A DNA stretch of 64,000 nucleotides, from the NCBI GenBank assembly GCA_964388365.1, contig CAYMAF010000001.1:3526-67525 (forward strand). Direction: 5' to 3'. The position numbers were made by a program, and so were the translations under genes. Below are positions 54,288 through 64,000 of this stretch, piece by piece; the first letter of the stretch is position 1, and the number at the start of each line of letters is the position of its first letter. Origin of the DNA: an uncultured Gammaproteobacteria bacterium. GTDB lineage: Bacteria > Pseudomonadota > Gammaproteobacteria > Steroidobacterales > Rariloculaceae. The notes beneath the pieces are model-generated. The model ran no database searches and was not told the DNA's origin. It saw nothing but the letters and a program-made list of their open reading frames with translations.

Positions 54288-55268
54288 TCAGGCCGCGACC
54301 CGAACCATATTGCGTCCGGAGCGTTTCGCGGAGTACATCGCCTCGTCGGCCCGGTCGAGCCAATCCTCGTGTGACTCGTCTCGGCGAATCTCCGCGACGC
54401 CGATCGACACCGTTACGGGGATGCCGGGCACCGGCTCGTTCGTCTCGACGGTTTCACGCAGCTGCTCGGCGAGCTGCCTCGCCCCGTCGAGCGGCTCCCC
54501 GGCGGCGATCACGACGAACTCTTCGCCGCCGATGCGAAACAGTCCGTCAGTCAGGCGGACGCGGGATTCGATTCGGTGCGCGATCCGGCGAAGGATCTCG
54601 TCGCCGGCGGCATGTCCGTGCAGATCGTTGATTCGCTTGAAGTGATCGATGTCCAGCAGGACGAGCGACGAAGGCATGCTCGTGCGCTCGAAGTGCGCGA
54701 TGACCTCGGAAAGCTTCGCGAGGAACGCGCGGCGGTTGCCGACCCCGGTCAACGGGTCGAGCGTCGCGAGCCGCAAGAACTCGTCCTGCTGACGGTTGTT
54801 CAAAATCGAGAACGCGAACGCAAACGCGGTCGTCAGCAGGATCGTGACCGTGACCGCCGCGGCCCGCAGCGGCTCGACGATTCCGACGAGCTGAACGGCG
54901 AGGACGGCGGCCATCGCAAGCGTCAGCGCGAGTGCTTCGCGCGGCCTGAGCAGATAGAAGCAGGTCATCAGCGACGGGTAAGCCCAATAGACCTGATGGG
55001 GGCCGCGCATCTGCACGGTGATCAGCGTTCCGCCGACGCACAGCACTGCGATCAGGAGGCTCGCGCTGCGTATCCTGCGTGTGCGGTAGGCGTACGCGCC
55101 GAGCCCGGCGAACGCGAGAACGATGACCGTGTCGATGATCGCGATCGCCCAATCTGCGGCGAGCCAGCGCATGACCGCGAACGGGGCGACGCCGAGCGCG
55201 GCCGCGGCGCACAGGATCAGAGGCATATAACGAGTCAGCCTCGGCGCGGCCGACGGCTCGTCGTTCAT
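54288..55268 (-). CDS. Membrane-bound diguanylate cyclase (GGDEF domain)
   Basis: ORF 54288..55349 (GTG); first ATG at 55268. Five or six TM helices are followed by DPLTGVGNRRAF, LLDIDHFKRINDLHGHAAGD and the active-site RIGGEEFVV. Confidence 0.85.
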   Translation of the reverse strand: MNDEPSAAPRLTRYMPLILCAAAALGVAPFAVMRWLAADWAIAIIDTVIVLAFAGLGAYAYRTRRIRSASLLIAVLCVGGTLITVQMRGPHQVYWAYPSLMTCFYLLRPREALALTLAMAAVLAVQLVGIVEPLRAAAVTVTILLTTAFAFAFSILNNRQQDEFLRLATLDPLTGVGNRRAFLAKLSEVIAHFERTSMPSSLVLLDIDHFKRINDLHGHAAGDEILRRIAHRIESRVRLTDGLFRIGGEEFVVIAAGEPLDGARQLAEQLRETVETNEPVPGIPVTVSIGVAEIRRDESHEDWLDRADEAMYSAKRSGRNMVRVAA

Positions 55269-55500
55269 CCGGCGCCACGTGTCGAGGGCGGATTGCTGCT
55301 CGGTCAAAGGGTGGTCCTTCGAATAAACGGAAGATAGCGTAATCGGCACTACCGTCCGATGCCAAGCCGCGCGACGGCCGTGCTCGGTCCGCGGGGGCTG
55401 CGGCCGGCGCCGGGACGGCCCGGCGAGGAAACGGCGTCCGGGCCGACCGGAATGGTAGAATCCGCGCTTTCGCAGATGCCGAGAGCCGGAGAGAGCCGAG

Positions 55501-56262
55501 ATGTCTACCCCGTTGTTTTATGACAAGCTCGTACCGCTGAACCGAGACCGCCACCGCAACCTCAAGCTCAAAGCGGATCGGTCGCTGCGCTTCGCCGCAG
55601 GCACCCACTTCGTGCCGCTGACGGCGGTCGAGTTCTACGACGCGGCGAGAGACTATCCGGTTGTCTTCTCCGGCGGCGAGAGCGCGAGCCCGGTCGCGAT
55701 GGTCGGCGTGCGGCAAGGCGAGAATCTGTTCGTCGACGCCGAGGGGCGGTGGGCGGACGGCGCTTATATTCCGGCCTATGTCGCACGCTTTCCGTTCATC
55801 CTCGTTCGGCCCGCCGAGAAGTCCGATTACACCGTCTGTCTCGAGGAGAGCTACGAAGGGCTGTCGGAGGCGGAGGGCGACCCGCTGTTCGACGAGGAAG
55901 GCAAGGAGAGCGAGCTCACGAAGCGCGTCGTCGATGTGCTGAAGAGCCTGCTGACCGAGACCGAGCGCACGCGTCGGTTCGTTCAGCGCCTCGAGTCGCT
56001 CGAGCTGCTCACGGTCCGCAGCGCGCAGGTCCAGGACCGCAGCGGCAAATGGTACGGCTTGCACGATTTTCGCGTCGTCGACGAGAAGAAGCTCGCGGAG
56101 CTCGACGAGGGCGTGATCGCCGAGCTGCATCGCTCCGGGTACCTCGCGTGCATCTATGCGCATCTCTTCTCGCTTGGCAACGTTTCGCGGCTCGGATGGC
56201 GAGTGCCCGTGGAGCAGGCCGAGAAGGCGGCGGCGGAGGAGGCGGCCGCCGCTTCGACCTGA
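55501..56262 (+). CDS. SapC family protein
   Basis: LVPLNRDRHRNLKL, FVPLTAVEFYDAARDYPVVF, YIPAYVARFPFIL, GYLACIYAHLFSLGN. Confidence 0.8.
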   Translation: MSTPLFYDKLVPLNRDRHRNLKLKADRSLRFAAGTHFVPLTAVEFYDAARDYPVVFSGGESASPVAMVGVRQGENLFVDAEGRWADGAYIPAYVARFPFILVRPAEKSDYTVCLEESYEGLSEAEGDPLFDEEGKESELTKRVVDVLKSLLTETERTRRFVQRLESLELLTVRSAQVQDRSGKWYGLHDFRVVDEKKLAELDEGVIAELHRSGYLACIYAHLFSLGNVSRLGWRVPVEQAEKAAAEEAAAAST

Positions 56263-56449
56263 CGTTAGAACTCCCGCCGCGGCCGAAGGCGATGCCGGTC
56301 TTTGCGCTCGGCCGAAGCTCGCGATGATCCCGGCAGCGAGCCGTCGACGGCCGCGCTCGGCCGGCTCGTGCGCTGTGGATAGGCGCGCTCGGGGGACATT
56401 CCGAAGGCCTCGACTATAATCGGTCGCACAACGACAACGGGAGGCATTC

Positions 56450-57295
56450 GTGAGACGCTCTACCTTTTCGACGATCATGCTTTCGATCGCGTTGCTCGCG
56501 CCGGCGGCCGCTTTCGCACAGGGGGAGATATCGTGCACGCGCGGCGGGCTGCAACGCGCGGTCAACCTGTACCTCGAGGCTCAGTCCAGCGGCGACGTGT
56601 CGAACCTGCCTTTGGCGACCGGCGTCGCCTATATCGAGAACATGGCGCTTGCCGATATCGAGCAAGGGATCATCAAGACGCCGATGCTCATCGATCATCA
56701 CCTGAGCTTGCTCGACGAGGATTCGTGCCAGACGTTCACCGAGGTCGTCGTGACGAATCCCGAAAATCCGTACGTTCTCGGCACGCGCCTGCGCGTCAAC
56801 CACGATAAGATCGCCGAGGTCGAGATCCTTTGGACGACGACCGGCTATTGGCTGTTCAATGCGGACGCGTACAAGCAGTACGCATCGGCCGAGGATTGGG
56901 GGCCGATTCCCGCCGAGAAGCGCGATTCGCGCGGCACGTTGGTATCGGCCGCGAACGCCTATCTCGACGCGTTCCTCGAAGGGAAGATCGATCTCGTGCC
57001 GTGGGGCTTCCCGTGCGTGCGCATCGAAGGCGGCGCGTATACCGGCACGGGCTCGCCGGACGACAGCTGCGAGGTCGGCGTGCCTAGCGGCGTGAATATC
57101 GTCAATCGGCGCTTCGTCGTCGACGAGGTCATTGGCGCCGTCGTCGTCTACTGCACGTTCGGCCCGGGCGGCCAGATCGGCGGCAGCGGTGCTCCGGATA
57201 CGCATCTGTTCCGCGTGGAGAACGGCAAGCTGCGCTACGCGCACACGATCACCCACCTGCTGCAGGCGAACTTCCGCGGCAGCGGGCAGCAGTAA
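56450..57295 (+). CDS. Hypothetical secreted protein (paralog of 26155..27153)
   Basis: The GTG at 56450 sits 5 nt after GGGAGG. Signal RRSTFSTIMLSIALLAPAAAFAQ. Its N-terminal CTRGGLQRAVNLYLEA...GVAYIEN matches the other copy. Confidence 0.7.
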   Translation: MRRSTFSTIMLSIALLAPAAAFAQGEISCTRGGLQRAVNLYLEAQSSGDVSNLPLATGVAYIENMALADIEQGIIKTPMLIDHHLSLLDEDSCQTFTEVVVTNPENPYVLGTRLRVNHDKIAEVEILWTTTGYWLFNADAYKQYASAEDWGPIPAEKRDSRGTLVSAANAYLDAFLEGKIDLVPWGFPCVRIEGGAYTGTGSPDDSCEVGVPSGVNIVNRRFVVDEVIGAVVVYCTFGPGGQIGGSGAPDTHLFRVENGKLRYAHTITHLLQANFRGSGQQ

Positions 57296-57403
57296 CCCGC
57301 CTCTGCGAAGGGGGCGGCAGCCGCGCTGCCCCCTTCGTACCGTGCGATCTCGATGCCGTCTCCGCGGGGATGCTCGCGCGCCGGTGGAGTGTTCCTACCT
57401 GCG

Positions 57404-58087
57404 TCAGGCGGTGCGAATCGCCATCAGCGATTTCGTGAGTCCGCCGAGGCGTTCCTTGACGATCTTTGCGTCCGGGAACAGCTTGCGCATCTCGGCTTCC
57501 GAAAGCAGATGCCAATCGGGAGTCGTCCTCTTGACCCAGACCCGATTCGTCATGCTCAGCAAGGGAATCAGCGCCGGCCGCGGCACGTAGGCCGCGAACG
57601 GGAGCCAGCTATGGCTCTCGAACGGAAACGACTTGCAAGGGGTCTGCACGAAGTACCCTTTGCCGAGACGGGCGATCTCGCGGGCGAAGTCCTGCTGATG
57701 CGCCCACGCCCGCCGCTTGAATTCCGCGCCGTTGCGCAGCGTCCAGATCTCGTCCTTCGGCACCGTCACGTGCTCGATCACCGACGAGCAGTAGACGACG
57801 TCGAAATAGCCGTCGTCGAAAGGAAGCCGTCCGCTTTCCGGGATATGTACCGGGGTGAAGCCGAATCGCCGTCGGCCTTCGGCGATCGCGCATTCGTCGA
57901 TGTCGGCGATATGCACATGCTCCGGGCAGATCGGCGTGCCGGCCAGGACCGACGCGATGTGAGCGCCGTTCTCCGAGCCGAGATCGAGGACTCTCGAATC
58001 CTCTCGGATCTCGAAATGCTCGAGGAAGATGCGAGTGCGCTTCGCGCGCGCCCTCGTGCGCACGCTGTCGACGATGGTTCTGACCAT
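57404..58087 (-). CDS. Class I SAM-dependent methyltransferase
   Basis: Motif I RVLDLGSENG, then ADIDE and FDVVYCSSVIEHV. Confidence 0.75.
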   Translation of the reverse strand: MVRTIVDSVRTRARAKRTRIFLEHFEIREDSRVLDLGSENGAHIASVLAGTPICPEHVHIADIDECAIAEGRRRFGFTPVHIPESGRLPFDDGYFDVVYCSSVIEHVTVPKDEIWTLRNGAEFKRRAWAHQQDFAREIARLGKGYFVQTPCKSFPFESHSWLPFAAYVPRPALIPLLSMTNRVWVKRTTPDWHLLSEAEMRKLFPDAKIVKERLGGLTKSLMAIRTA

Positions 58088-58235
58088 TCCAGCAATGCCT
58101 CCCCGGGCGAGTTCGGGCTTTCCGCCGAATCCGGTCCTATGCTAACAAGGCCGGCGGATGCCGAGCAGCGCGTCGCGCGGCGGCGACGGCGCGGGCCAGA
58201 ACGATCGCCGGGAGGCGACCGTAGTCGTTCGGCGC

Positions 58236-59510
58236 TCAGGCGGCCTCGCGCAGCGGCACCGAAGCCGCGATCTTTCGCGGAGCCGTCTCGGTCAAAAACA
58301 GCGCCGCGACCCCGGCGCAGAACGCGCATACGGCGGCGACGATAATCGGCGCGGCAAGGCTCGTCGCATCGGCGATCTTCCCGGCGATCGTCGGCATCGA
58401 GACGCCGCCGATCAGCTCGCCGATGCAGACGACGAGACCCATCGATGACGCCGCCAGGGCCCTCGAGACGGATTCGCCGGGCACGACGCCCATGAACAGC
58501 GGAAACGAGCCCGTGCCGCTCCAGCCGATGAAGAGCAGCAGGCCCATGATCCACATCGGGCCTTCGAACCACAGCGCCGCGAGCGGGGTGACCATCGCGA
58601 GAAAGCAGAACAGGATCATGACCGGCTTGCGTCCGATCCGGTCGGACCACGCGGGAACGAGGAAGCCGCAGATCATCGTCGCGAGCCCGGTGACGCCGAC
58701 CAGCGTTCCGGCTTGCTCGGGGGTGTAACCGCGATAGTTCTGGAAGAAGAGCGGCAGGAACGCGAGGCCGACGAGGAACCACGCGACCATGAAGATCGAT
58801 ATCACGCAGCAGACGCGGATATTGTGCTCCTTCAGCATCGCGAGCGCGCTGACCACCCCTAAGCGGGGCGGCGCCTCGTTCGCCTCTTCCGGCTCCCGCG
58901 CGGGCTCCCTGAGATAAAGCCAGACGAGCAGCGCGCAGACGAGGCCCGGTATCCCGGTCAGGAAGAAAGTGACGCGCCATTCGAACAGTGCGGCGAGCTG
59001 CGGCACGAGAAAGCCGGCACCCATCGTGCCGATCAGCGCCGCGAAGACGTTCTGCAGTATGCCGGCGTTGAGCCCTCGGCGGTGCGGCGACGACTCGACG
59101 TTCATGATCGAGAGGCACACCGGCAGGAACGGTCCCTCGGCGATGCCCATCAGCACCCGCGCGGCGAGCAGGAACGCGAACGACGTCGCGAGGCCGGACA
59201 CGGCGGAGCACAGCGAGAACACGACGATCGACAGCAGGACGAAGGGCTTGCGGGCTCGGAGCGCATCCGACCATGCGCTGACGAAATAGGCCGATAACGC
59301 CCAAGCGAGCGCGAGGCCCGAGCTCAGCATGCCGATCTCGGTGTTGGTCAGCCCGAGCTCGGCCTGGATCGCTGCGGCGAGAAAGTTGATCGCATTGCGA
59401 TCGAAGAAGACCAGGCCGAACGAGAACCCCAAGAGCAGCAATATGCCGTTCTCGTAGGTAAAGACCGTCGAGCGTCTGCCCGCGTGGGACGCGGATTCGA
59501 TCGTGCTCAT
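58236..59510 (-). CDS. MFS transporter
   Basis: Within ORF 58236..59663. The ATG at 59510 gives MSTIESASHAGRRSTVFTYENGILLLLGFSF. Twelve TM-type segments; motif-A-like WSDALRARKP and WSDRIGRKP. Confidence 0.85.
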   Translation of the reverse strand: MSTIESASHAGRRSTVFTYENGILLLLGFSFGLVFFDRNAINFLAAAIQAELGLTNTEIGMLSSGLALAWALSAYFVSAWSDALRARKPFVLLSIVVFSLCSAVSGLATSFAFLLAARVLMGIAEGPFLPVCLSIMNVESSPHRRGLNAGILQNVFAALIGTMGAGFLVPQLAALFEWRVTFFLTGIPGLVCALLVWLYLREPAREPEEANEAPPRLGVVSALAMLKEHNIRVCCVISIFMVAWFLVGLAFLPLFFQNYRGYTPEQAGTLVGVTGLATMICGFLVPAWSDRIGRKPVMILFCFLAMVTPLAALWFEGPMWIMGLLLFIGWSGTGSFPLFMGVVPGESVSRALAASSMGLVVCIGELIGGVSMPTIAGKIADATSLAAPIIVAAVCAFCAGVAALFLTETAPRKIAASVPLREAA

Positions 59511-59668
59511 GAGCCCCCCGGTTTTCGTATTTGTCGTCAGCAGATCCGCCGCTCCCCCCGAACGCAGCGCGACCTGATGCCGGGGAGTATAGAACAGGCC
59601 GGGCTCGGCGGTTCCGCTGCGCGGAAGGCCTTCCGATCGGGGCACGCATCGAGGAGCGGGCAACGCAG

Positions 59669-59938
59669 ATGAAACCGCGGCTCACCGTCGTCACGCTCGG
59701 CGTCGACGACCTCGAAGGCGCCGTCGCATTTCTGTCGAGACGGCTTGGATCGTTTGGAAGCCCGACTGGTCGACGTAGCAGCTCGATGCCGCCCGCATCG
59801 CGCCGACGAGCAAGCGAGGCCGCTGCCGGATCGCTGCACCCTTCTTTAGGTTCGATTGTTGTTGCCGCGCGGCGCTTGAAAGTACTATCCGCTGGCACCC
59901 TCGTCGCGCCGAGCGAATTTCTGGAGGAAGAACAATGA
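59669..59938 (+). pseudogene. Decayed VOC/glyoxalase-family gene fragment
   Basis: The ATG at 59669 follows GAGGAG. The first 21 or so codons (MKPRLTVVTLGVDDLEGAVAF) look like a VOC N-terminal beta-strand. The remainder is Arg/Ser-rich and GC drops. A -1 frame reads CRDGLD right after AVAF. The stop overlaps the esterase ATG (ATGA). Confidence 0.35.
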
Positions 59939-61440
59939 AGCGACTTCAAGTGCAGCGCGCCGCGTGGCTGGCCGGTATCGCCGCCGTCGCGACCGCATGC
60001 GGCGCCGGTCTCGACGAGCCGATTCGCCTCGACGCGGGCCTCGTCGCGGGCGCCGAGATCACTGAGTCCGGTGTCCGGATCTTCCGCGGATTGCCGTTCG
60101 CTGCACCGCCGGTCGGCGAGAACCGCTGGCGCCCTCCGCAGCCGGTCGAGCCGTGGGAAGGCGTGCGCGATGCGAGCGAGTTCGGCAATGTCTGTGCTCA
60201 GCACGAGACGGAGCCGCGTTACGTGAATATCGCGAACATGGAAGGCTCGCCGCCGCTCAGCGAGGATTGCCTGTATCTCAACGTATGGACGCCTGCGCGC
60301 TCGGCCGACGACAGGCTGCCGGTGATGGTCTATTTCTACGGCGGCGCTTTTACCGACGGCGGCGGGTCCGCGCCGCTCTACGACGGCACGGCATTGGCCG
60401 AGCGAGGTGCCGTCGTCGTGACGATGAACTATCGCCTCGGGCCTTTCGGCTTCCTCGCGCATCCGGCGCTGACGGCCGAATCCGAGCACGATAGCTCCGG
60501 GAATTACGGCATCATGGACATGGTCGCGTCGCTCGAGTGGGTGCAGAGGAATATCGCGGCCTTCGGCGGCGACCCGAACAACGTCACGATCTTCGGCCAG
60601 TCCGCAGGCGCGATGGCGATCACGTCGCTGATGACATCGCCGCTCACGAAGGGCCTGTTCCACCGCGCGATCGTTCAGAGCGTCATGGGCGGCGCGGTCG
60701 CGCCGAACATGCCGAACGCGACGCTCGCGGCGCAGGAGGAGCAGGGTGCGAGCCAAGCCGAGGCCGCCGGCCTGTCGACGGTCGAGGACCTGCGTGCGCT
60801 GTCGACCGAGCAGGTCGCGCAGACGTTCCGTGCGCAGACGATGATCGTCGACAACTACGTGATCCCCGAGGATCCGGCGATCGTGTTCGCGCAGGGCCGT
60901 CAGCATCCGGTCGACTTGATCGCGGGCGCGAACGCCGCGGAGCTGTCGTTCGGTCCGCGGCGCGCGCCGCCCGGAGCGTCGGACGGCTCGGACCGTATCT
61001 TCTGGACCGCCTGGCGCTTGGCCGAGTACCAGCGTGCGGCGGGCAAGAACGCGTACGTCTATTGGTTCACGCAGGCGTCGCCGGCGCCCGAAGGCAGCGA
61101 GCCCTACCTGCCGGTGCATGCGGCCGAGGTCAAATACGTCTTCGATAATCTCGGCGAGCACCCGCTATTCCCGGACAGTAGCGATCCGACGCTCGCCGCC
61201 GCGTCCGCGGCGGATCAGCGCGTCGCCGACATGATCGCGTCGTATTGGGTCAATTTCGCACGGACCGGCGACCCGAACGGGGAGGGCTTGCCCGACTGGG
61301 CGCCGCACGCGGGGCTCGATGCCGTGACCGCGGCGATCCTCGACGCGGATCCGGGCTCGAAGAGTCTGCCGACGCTCGAGCAGATGCGCGCTCACGAAGC
61401 GACGCTGCGCGAGCAGCTCGAGGCGTTGCTCGCCCAGTAG
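59935..61440 (+). CDS. Carboxylesterase type B (para-nitrobenzyl esterase-like), secreted/lipoprotein
   Basis: ATG at 59935 after GGAGGAAG. FRGLPFAAPPVGENRWRPPQP, EDCLYLNVWTP, FGGDPNNVTIFGQSAGA (GxSxG). Confidence 0.9.
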   Translation: MKRLQVQRAAWLAGIAAVATACGAGLDEPIRLDAGLVAGAEITESGVRIFRGLPFAAPPVGENRWRPPQPVEPWEGVRDASEFGNVCAQHETEPRYVNIANMEGSPPLSEDCLYLNVWTPARSADDRLPVMVYFYGGAFTDGGGSAPLYDGTALAERGAVVVTMNYRLGPFGFLAHPALTAESEHDSSGNYGIMDMVASLEWVQRNIAAFGGDPNNVTIFGQSAGAMAITSLMTSPLTKGLFHRAIVQSVMGGAVAPNMPNATLAAQEEQGASQAEAAGLSTVEDLRALSTEQVAQTFRAQTMIVDNYVIPEDPAIVFAQGRQHPVDLIAGANAAELSFGPRRAPPGASDGSDRIFWTAWRLAEYQRAAGKNAYVYWFTQASPAPEGSEPYLPVHAAEVKYVFDNLGEHPLFPDSSDPTLAAASAADQRVADMIASYWVNFARTGDPNGEGLPDWAPHAGLDAVTAAILDADPGSKSLPTLEQMRAHEATLREQLEALLAQ

Positions 61441-61454
61441 CCGCGCCGTCGCAA

Positions 61455-61484
61455 GGCGCCCGGCCGCGAGCCGGGCCGGGCGCC
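61455..61484 (+). terminator. GC hairpin after the carboxylesterase gene
   Basis: ggcgcccggcc-gcgagccg-ggccgggcgcc: an 11-bp stem with an 8-nt loop, 15 nt after the stop, followed by GTGGTT. Confidence 0.45.
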
Positions 61485-61555
61485 GTGGTTCCCAAGACCG
61501 GCCGGCTTCGGGCGGATAGGCCGCGTTTCTCGAGCGCGCCGGGCCGGCCGAGCCG

Positions 61556-62368
61556 TCAGTAGCTCTCGTCGTCGCTCGGGAACGTTCGCTGCTTCACGTC
61601 GGCCCGATATCTCGCGAACGCGTCCGCCATCTGCGCGCCGATGTCCGCGTACCGCCGCACGAAGCGGGGCCTGAACTTCGTGAAAATGCCGAGCATGTCG
61701 GGCGTGACGAGGACTTGTCCGTCGCAACCAGGGCCCGCGCCGATCCCAATCGTCGGGATCGATAGCGATTCCGTCACGCGCCGCGCGAGCTCGGCGGGAA
61801 TCTTCTCGAGCACGATCGCGAAAACGCCGGCCTCCTCGAGCGCCTTCGCGTCCGTCAAAATGCGCTCGGCCTCCTCGGGCGTCGCGCCGCGAGCTTTGTA
61901 GGTGCCGAACTTGTGGATCGACTGCGGCGTCAGGCCGAGATGACCCATCACGGGTATGCCTGCGTTCACGATGCGCCGGATCGTCGGGCAGATGTATTCC
62001 CCGCCTTCGAGCTTCACCGCTTCCGCGAGCGCTTCCTTGACGAAGCGGCCGGCGTTGCGCAGCGCCTCTTCCTCGCTGACCTGGTACGACATGAACGGCA
62101 AGTCCGCGACGACGAACGCGCGCTCGACGCCTCGAGCGACGACCTGTGCGTGATAGAGCATCTGCTCCATCGTCATCGGGATCGTCGTGTCGTAGCCCGC
62201 GAAGACGTTGCCGGCCGAGTCGCCGACGAGCAGCAGGTCGATGCCGGCGGCGTCGAGGATCGATGCCGTCAGGTAGTCGTAAGCCGTCAGACACGCGATC
62301 GGCTCGCCGCGGGCCTTCATCTCCTGAAGGCGTTGCGTCGTGACTTTGCGGGATGTTTCCGTTGCCAT
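61556..62368 (-). CDS. panB: 3-methyl-2-oxobutanoate hydroxymethyltransferase (pantothenate biosynthesis)
   Basis: Within ORF 61556..62431; ATG at 62368 ([18 protein letters not shown]). [68 protein letters not shown]. Confidence 0.95.
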   Translation of the reverse strand: MATETSRKVTTQRLQEMKARGEPIACLTAYDYLTASILDAAGIDLLLVGDSAGNVFAGYDTTIPMTMEQMLYHAQVVARGVERAFVVADLPFMSYQVSEEEALRNAGRFVKEALAEAVKLEGGEYICPTIRRIVNAGIPVMGHLGLTPQSIHKFGTYKARGATPEEAERILTDAKALEEAGVFAIVLEKIPAELARRVTESLSIPTIGIGAGPGCDGQVLVTPDMLGIFTKFRPRFVRRYADIGAQMADAFARYRADVKQRTFPSDDESY

Positions 62369-62626
62369 GATGTCCTTTCGAAGCTCGACGGTGCCGACCG
62401 TCCCGGTCGACGCGGCGCAGCCGCTCGGCACGCCGTTCCGGCGCCATATTAACGTGGTACCGGACCGCCGGACGAGAACGTGCGGGCCGAAATCGGGCGA
62501 GAGCGGGGGGGCGGGCTCGACTCGGACCGGTTTCCCCGTCCGTTTTCGGCCAGATCGCCCGACGTTATGGCACTATTGGCCGGCCGAAGGCGCGTCCTCC
62601 GGCATCGCTTCAGGGGGGGATTCGGG

Positions 62627-64000
62627 ATGAGAACGAACGTCGCGCTGGTGGCCGCGGCGCTCTGCGGCCTCGCGCTTGCCCAGGCCGAGACGCAGCCGGC
62701 GACGAGTCCCGGCGATGATCGCCTGATCGCCGCTCCGGCCGAGGAGTGGCTGAGCTACGGACGCGACTATGCGGAGACGCGTTTCAGCGCGCTCGAGCAG
62801 ATCGACGACGAGAACGTCTCCCGCCTGGGCCTCGCGTGGACCTACGAGACCGGCTCTGTGCGCGGCCACGAGGCGACGCCGCTCGTTCACGACGGCGTGC
62901 TGTATGCGACGACGAGCTGGAGTAACGTCTTCGCTCTCGACGCGCGCAGCGGCGAAGAGCTGTGGCGCTGGGACTCGAACGCCGATCGGGCGCGCGGCTC
63001 GCGCGCGTGCTGCGACGTCGTCAACCGCGGCGTCGCGCTCTACGAGGGTAAAGTGTTCGTCGGCGTGATCGACGGCCGGCTCGTCGCGCTCGACGCGAAA
63101 ACCGGAAAGCCGGTTTGGGACGTGCAGACGACGCCGGTCGACGAGCCGTACACGATCACCGGCGCGCCGCGGGTCGTCGACGGCAAGGTCGTGATCGGCA
63201 ACGGCGGCGCCGAGCTCGGCGTGCGCGGTTTCGTCTCCGCGTACGACGCGGGGACCGGTGAGCTCGTGTGGCGTTTCTATACGGTTCCCGGAGATCCGAA
63301 GCGACCGTTCGAGAACGCGGCGCTCGAGGCGGCGGCGCGGACGTGGAACGGCGAATGGTGGACGATGGGCGGCGGCGGCACGGCCTGGGATGCGTTCGCG
63401 TACGACCCGGACGCCCGGCTGCTCTACGTCGGCACCGGCAACGGCTCGCCGTGGTATCAAGGGATCAGGAGCCCCGGTGGCGGCGACAACTTGTATCTGT
63501 CGTCGATTCTCGCGCTCGACGTCGATACCGGCGAGCTCGTCTGGCATTACCAGACGACGCCCGGCGACACGTGGGACTATACGGCCGTGCAGCAGCTCAC
63601 GCTCGCCGAGCTTGCGATCGGCGGGGAGCGGCGCAAGGTCGTGATGCAGGCGCCGAAGAACGGGTTCTTCTACGTGCTCGACCGGCTGACGGGCGAGCTG
63701 ATCTCGGCCGCGCCGTATACCTACGTCACGTGGGCTTCGGGCGTGGATGTCGAAACCGGGCGGCCGATCGAGACCGCGCACGCGCGATTCGGCGAAGCCG
63801 CGGTGCGCATTTCGCCGGGCCCCGGCGGCGGACACAACTGGCATCCGATGTCGTTCAATCCGGGGACGGGACTCCTCTATATCCCCGCGCACGAAAGCGA
63901 GTACGTGTATGCCGCCGATACGCGCTTCGAGTTTCAGCCGCACGCGTGGAATCTCGGCGTCGATATGGCTGCCGCATTCGACCGTAGCCGAAAGACGCTG
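62627..64000 (+). CDS. PQQ-dependent dehydrogenase, methanol/ethanol (quinoprotein alcohol dehydrogenase) family; 3' end outside the window
   Basis: Absent from the ORF track because no stop falls in the window. Hand translation from the ATG at 62627 gives [20 protein letters not shown]..., [14 protein letters not shown], and the vicinal-Cys ring [22 protein letters not shown]. Also [53 protein letters not shown] and [11 protein letters not shown]. The frame stays open for all 458 codons to position 64000. Confidence 0.9.
   Translation, partial: MRTNVALVAAALCGLALAQAETQPATSPGDDRLIAAPAEEWLSYGRDYAETRFSALEQIDDENVSRLGLAWTYETGSVRGHEATPLVHDGVLYATTSWSNVFALDARSGEELWRWDSNADRARGSRACCDVVNRGVALYEGKVFVGVIDGRLVALDAKTGKPVWDVQTTPVDEPYTITGAPRVVDGKVVIGNGGAELGVRGFVSAYDAGTGELVWRFYTVPGDPKRPFENAALEAAARTWNGEWWTMGGGGTAWDAFAYDPDARLLYVGTGNGSPWYQGIRSPGGGDNLYLSSILALDVDTGELVWHYQTTPGDTWDYTAVQQLTLAELAIGGERRKVVMQAPKNGFFYVLDRLTGELISAAPYTYVTWASGVDVETGRPIETAHARFGEAAVRISPGPGGGHNWHPMSFNPGTGLLYIPAHESEYVYAADTRFEFQPHAWNLGVDMAAAFDRSRKTL

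Noticed and set aside
57778-61161. 1127-aa ORF on the minus strand
   Set aside because: It is a shadow frame spanning the MFS transporter (other frame) and the antisense of the carboxylesterase. No recognisable domain.
1-64000. CRISPR arrays, tRNA/rRNA genes, IS elements, integrases or prophage genes
   Set aside because: None were seen on either strand. I found no regularly spaced repeats, no tRNA-like T-arm motifs in the gaps, and no transposase- or integrase-like translations in the ORF track.

Overview
A very GC-rich (sampled 60-nt lines are mostly about 70% G+C), densely packed chromosomal segment from a Gram-negative bacterium, probably a high-GC proteobacterium; a finer taxonomic call would be speculation. 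I support about 50 protein-coding genes. I saw no rRNA, tRNA, CRISPR array, transposase, integrase or phage genes.

The content is dominated by cell-envelope and nutrient-scavenging functions:
- three TonB-dependent receptors, two PepSY-type membrane proteins and a porin
- secreted peptidases (M49/DPP3-like, S9) and secreted hydrolases (beta-lactamase-fold, carboxylesterase)
- transporters (AGCS, AEC, MFS)
- housekeeping or stress genes (panB, osmC, tandem Usp, truncated hemoglobin, aldehyde dehydrogenase, aldo/keto reductase)
- a PQQ-dependent dehydrogenase that runs off the 3' end and is therefore missing from the ORF track

The most unusual signal is a five-member family of secreted proteins of unknown function (2320-3354, 9831-10874, 25163-25957, 28650-30104, 34846-35679).
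- Three members are physically tied to a small DUF6152-like protein whose predicted mature N-terminus is His-His.
- The tie takes three forms: partner-first with an ATGA overlap, DUF6152-first with a 1-nt gap, and a natural fusion.
- This looks like an uncharacterised two-component extracytoplasmic module, possibly metal-binding.

Secondary points of interest:
- an accessory-looking stretch at about 47-52.7 kb, holding a decayed permease remnant, a kinase-like/methyltransferase pair, an R3H-AAA ATPase, and a lipase-like hydrolase with a large unassigned C-terminal domain
- a secreted protein with an endostatin-like four-cysteine pattern
- an in-frame join of a secreted protein to a ModA-like binding protein
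- a large patatin-like lipase divergent from a secreted EF-hand protein
- a DUF445/PepSY_TM/S9 peptidase operon

I found no canonical defence-system hallmarks (Cas, restriction-modification, reverse transcriptase, cyclase or toxin-antitoxin).

Limits: the ORF track translates GTG/TTG starts as M, which I verified at several sites. Many listed ORFs are GC-driven shadow frames. Start codons below were re-picked by hand and are less certain than stop codons. All family names come from motif recognition in the translations, not from database searches.
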